A stretch of DNA of 64,000 bases from a virus: the IMG/VR virus record IMGVR_UViG_3300007735_001031, positions 1 to 64,000 of that record; one strand, 5' to 3'. Shown here one piece after another: positions 61,501 to 64,000 of the stretch (position 1 is its first letter; the number at the start of each line of letters is the position of its first letter). Made by a program: the position numbers and the translations under genes. The notes below the pieces were generated by a model that worked only from the letters and a program-made list of their open reading frames with translations, had not been told where the DNA came from and made no database searches.

Positions 61501-63357
61501 TTATTTAATTTCACAAGCGCCACCAGCACAAGCCAATTCATTTTGTAGGTCTGTATTATCGTCCATTTCAAGAACGTGTGTTAGATCGACATTCTTTAAG
61601 GATTCAAATAATCTATCAAAAGTTTCTTTATCACAATCCTCAAATGGAGCTTGTTTGTAAGAGCCTCCGTCAAATGGAAGAACACTTAATCCAGTATATG
61701 AATCACGATTTTCCCACATCCATTCACCAACTTCTGCCCACTCATTATCTTTGATTGATACTGTGGCTGAAACATTGTGAGTATTTTGACCTTTAACATG
61801 TCCTGGTTTTACCCAGCGACTATGAATGTCCTTTACTCTCTTAAGCATTTCTATGGCGCTTTCCGTTCTCATGGTGGCACCTTCTGGGGCCTTTTGTGGA
61901 ACCGAAATAACCGCTGTATCATGTGGGCGGAAATATTCATCTTCAACCAACTCTGGATGATTGTCTAGTAGATATTTGTATATTGCTTCATTCTTACCAA
62001 CGCGAATACGGCGAATATAGTAATCATTATGCCAAGCGTGGACACCGCTAGAAGTTCCAAGGATTAAACTAGTTGTGCCTGAAGGCTTTACAGTCGTAAC
62101 TCTTGCGGCTGGATTAATACCTAACAAAGCGGCCACTCTTTTATTTTCTTCAACGGCAACCTTGGCTGCCTTTTCCATATCCAAGTTTTGGACTTTATTG
62201 GAGGCAATACCAGTCATACCGATACCCAATAGAGCTTCTTTCTCTGTTGTTCTTCTCCAAATATCACGGAGATAATGGAAATCAGTATAAGAAGCTTGTA
62301 GTGTGCCAATAAAAGCAGCTGCCTTAACTCTTGCCTCATAATCTTCCTGACTTACTAGGTCGCTTACATTGACCTCGCAAAGATTACAGAACTGATTGCT
62401 TCTCAAAGCAATCTCAGCGCACGGGTTAGTTCCCCATTCTTTATCATTTGTAAAGAAAATTCCTGGTTCGCCAGCACCGGAGGACTTAATTCTTTCCCAT
62501 AGGTCCATAAAGTATTCTTTGGTTATTCTGTGTCTTAGAATAACTGCTGAATTATTTGCTCTACCTCTTTGTGGTTGAGTTTCCCACCAAGCACCAGACT
62601 TGGCTGCGATCATATCATCGTCATCTGCGCTAAATAAACAGATAAGAGCAGAACGTCTGATTCCGCCTGCCAATACGGCATCTGCGATAAAGCAGACGAT
62701 ATCATGTACTTCAATTGGCTGTAATTTATCTCCATCTTCTTTGCCCTCCAAGATACCTTCTAGTTTAATTAGGCATTCTTTAAGTGGTTGTGGTCCGGGT
62801 GCTTTACCGCCAGCGGTTACCAACCTTGCTCCCTTTGGACGAATATCGCTGAAATCAAAGGTGAGTTTTGAGCCGCCCTCAAAGTAAGAACGCATTAGAG
62901 CTTTAACAGCATCAGCCCAACCTTCAATATTATCGGCAACCAAGAAACGGCGATTTCTCTTTGGATTTGGCTTACGAATCTCTGGTAGTTTCTCTACATG
63001 ATGTTTTTGAACTGAATAACCCACGCCGGTTCCGCCGAGAAGAAGAAACATGATTTCACTAAATGCTCTTGTATCATCTAGGGCGACAAAAGAACAATTG
63101 AAGATTCTGGTTGGGTTTACCTCAATTGGTCTGCCGCCGAATTGCATTGAACGCATGGAAGGAAGAACTTTACGATCAAATACAAAGTTGTAAGCAGCTC
63201 TGATTTCGTCAGCTAGTTCAGGAAACTTAGTGATATGCATGTTCATATTTCTACGAACAGTATCTTCGTAGCTTTCCCTGCGTAGTTCTTGCTTGATATA
63301 GCGAGCATACTTCATGTGGTGAGTAATATCGCTAAGAATTTTTTGTGAAATATCCAT
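61501..63357 (-). CDS. nrdJ: class II (B12-dependent) ribonucleotide reductase
   Basis: FNC, GTGVG, TNPCAEI, KPSGTTS, C-terminal CAGGACEI. Confidence 0.93.
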   Translation of the reverse strand: MDISQKILSDITHHMKYARYIKQELRRESYEDTVRRNMNMHITKFPELADEIRAAYNFVFDRKVLPSMRSMQFGGRPIEVNPTRIFNCSFVALDDTRAFSEIMFLLLGGTGVGYSVQKHHVEKLPEIRKPNPKRNRRFLVADNIEGWADAVKALMRSYFEGGSKLTFDFSDIRPKGARLVTAGGKAPGPQPLKECLIKLEGILEGKEDGDKLQPIEVHDIVCFIADAVLAGGIRRSALICLFSADDDDMIAAKSGAWWETQPQRGRANNSAVILRHRITKEYFMDLWERIKSSGAGEPGIFFTNDKEWGTNPCAEIALRSNQFCNLCEVNVSDLVSQEDYEARVKAAAFIGTLQASYTDFHYLRDIWRRTTEKEALLGIGMTGIASNKVQNLDMEKAAKVAVEENKRVAALLGINPAARVTTVKPSGTTSLILGTSSGVHAWHNDYYIRRIRVGKNEAIYKYLLDNHPELVEDEYFRPHDTAVISVPQKAPEGATMRTESAIEMLKRVKDIHSRWVKPGHVKGQNTHNVSATVSIKDNEWAEVGEWMWENRDSYTGLSVLPFDGGSYKQAPFEDCDKETFDRLFESLKNVDLTHVLEMDDNTDLQNELACAGGACEIK

Positions 63358-63384
63358 TAAGACCTCTAATGTTTAGTGTCAGCT

Positions 63385-63413
63385 AGTATAGTTGATATGT
63401 TTTTTTAAGTCAA
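63385..63413 (-). promoter_or_regulatory. sigma70-type promoter
   Basis: TTGACT-17-TATACT. Confidence 0.8.
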
Positions 63414-63414
63414 G

Positions 63415-63999
63415 CTAGAGTTGTCTGAGAAGTTTATTTATCTCTTTTCTGATTAAGGACTCTTGTTGGCTTCCCGGCGCTCCAGGAACTTTAGGATAAA
63501 CTTCTCTTTCAGCTTTTCTTTTTTCTTCGGCTTCTTTTTTATCTCTCTCTATTTCTTCTGGTGTCGGCCCGACTTGAACTTGAATCGGTTTTTCCACTTT
63601 TCCACCTGGTCCCTCAAGTGGATTTTTTGGAGCAGCTGCGCCAGCTTGCTCTTGTGATGCCATATCTTGATCGTGCTTTTGTGTATTTGTAGCATATTGC
63701 TCTTTTGACATTTTAGATAAATAATTTGTAAGTAATTTTATTTTACTTACTGATTTTAAATCATTGAGAGTCCATTCGTAAGTTTCACCAAATAATGCGT
63801 CTGATATTGAGGCAATTGTCGCATTACCAACAATTCCATCAGTTCTCAAAGGAATTACATTTCCCTTATAAGCTTGTGTGGCCCCTAGTTTTCTTAGTTG
63901 TTTTTGCAAATTTATTATTGCTATTGTCTTTGGAGACACAGATTTTTTTGAAGAAAAATTAGAAGAATCTCTACACCCAGGATCTCCAGGCTGGGTGCA
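63415..63999 (-). CDS. 5'-truncated gene with peptidoglycan-binding-like domain
   Basis: frame open to window edge; LQKQL...DGIVGNAT. Confidence 0.65.
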   Translation of the reverse strand, partial: CTQPGDPGCRDSSNFSSKKSVSPKTIAIINLQKQLRKLGATQAYKGNVIPLRTDGIVGNATIASISDALFGETYEWTLNDLKSVSKIKLLTNYLSKMSKEQYATNTQKHDQDMASQEQAGAAAPKNPLEGPGGKVEKPIQVQVGPTPEEIERDKKEAEEKRKAEREVYPKVPGAPGSQQESLIRKEINKLLRQL

Positions 64000-64000
64000 T

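Noticed and set aside
41235-63357. Inteins or introns in dnaE, thyX or nrdJ
   Set aside because: Lengths are normal, frames are uninterrupted, and no intein C...HN junctions were seen.
1-64000. TAG stop-codon reassignment, as in some jumbo phages
   Set aside because: Long genes are intact in the standard code and TAG ends dnaE and the tmRNA tag; the only CTA tRNA-like element is malformed.

Overview
This window looks like a fragment of a large, probably jumbo, tailed-phage genome. It uses the standard genetic code and essentially all genes lie on the minus strand. (1) 1-5590 is a GC-rich early/RNA operon. Four tandem sigma70 promoters, two followed by rrn-type boxA motifs, feed five tRNAs, several unannotated structured RNAs (including a ~460-nt pseudoknotted RNA) and small ORFs sharing a repeated leader. 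An array of IHF-like sites lies upstream (~5590-6045). (2) 6-33 kb is an accessory region with a tmRNA, nine more canonical tRNAs (including a rare Ser-AGA) and two aberrant tRNA-like genes. It also holds a tandem array of seven paralogous 37-49 aa micro-proteins missed by the ORF track, an HNH nuclease, a GGCT, a deaminase, an MTase/nuclease pair, an AAA+VWA module, zinc-knuckle proteins, a DEDD exonuclease and a SpoU methyltransferase. (3) 33-64 kb carries GroEL, thioredoxin, dUTPase, DnaE, ThyX, PurA, an IMPDH/GMPR-family enzyme and class II RNR. These are interleaved with genes preceded by an ACTAHTTA motif (putative late promoter). Many of those products share an N-terminal L-x-E-[NS]-W-like motif and [LI]-x-E sites, suggesting head-packaged, protease-processed cargo. 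All calls were made by eye from motifs; no database searches were run.
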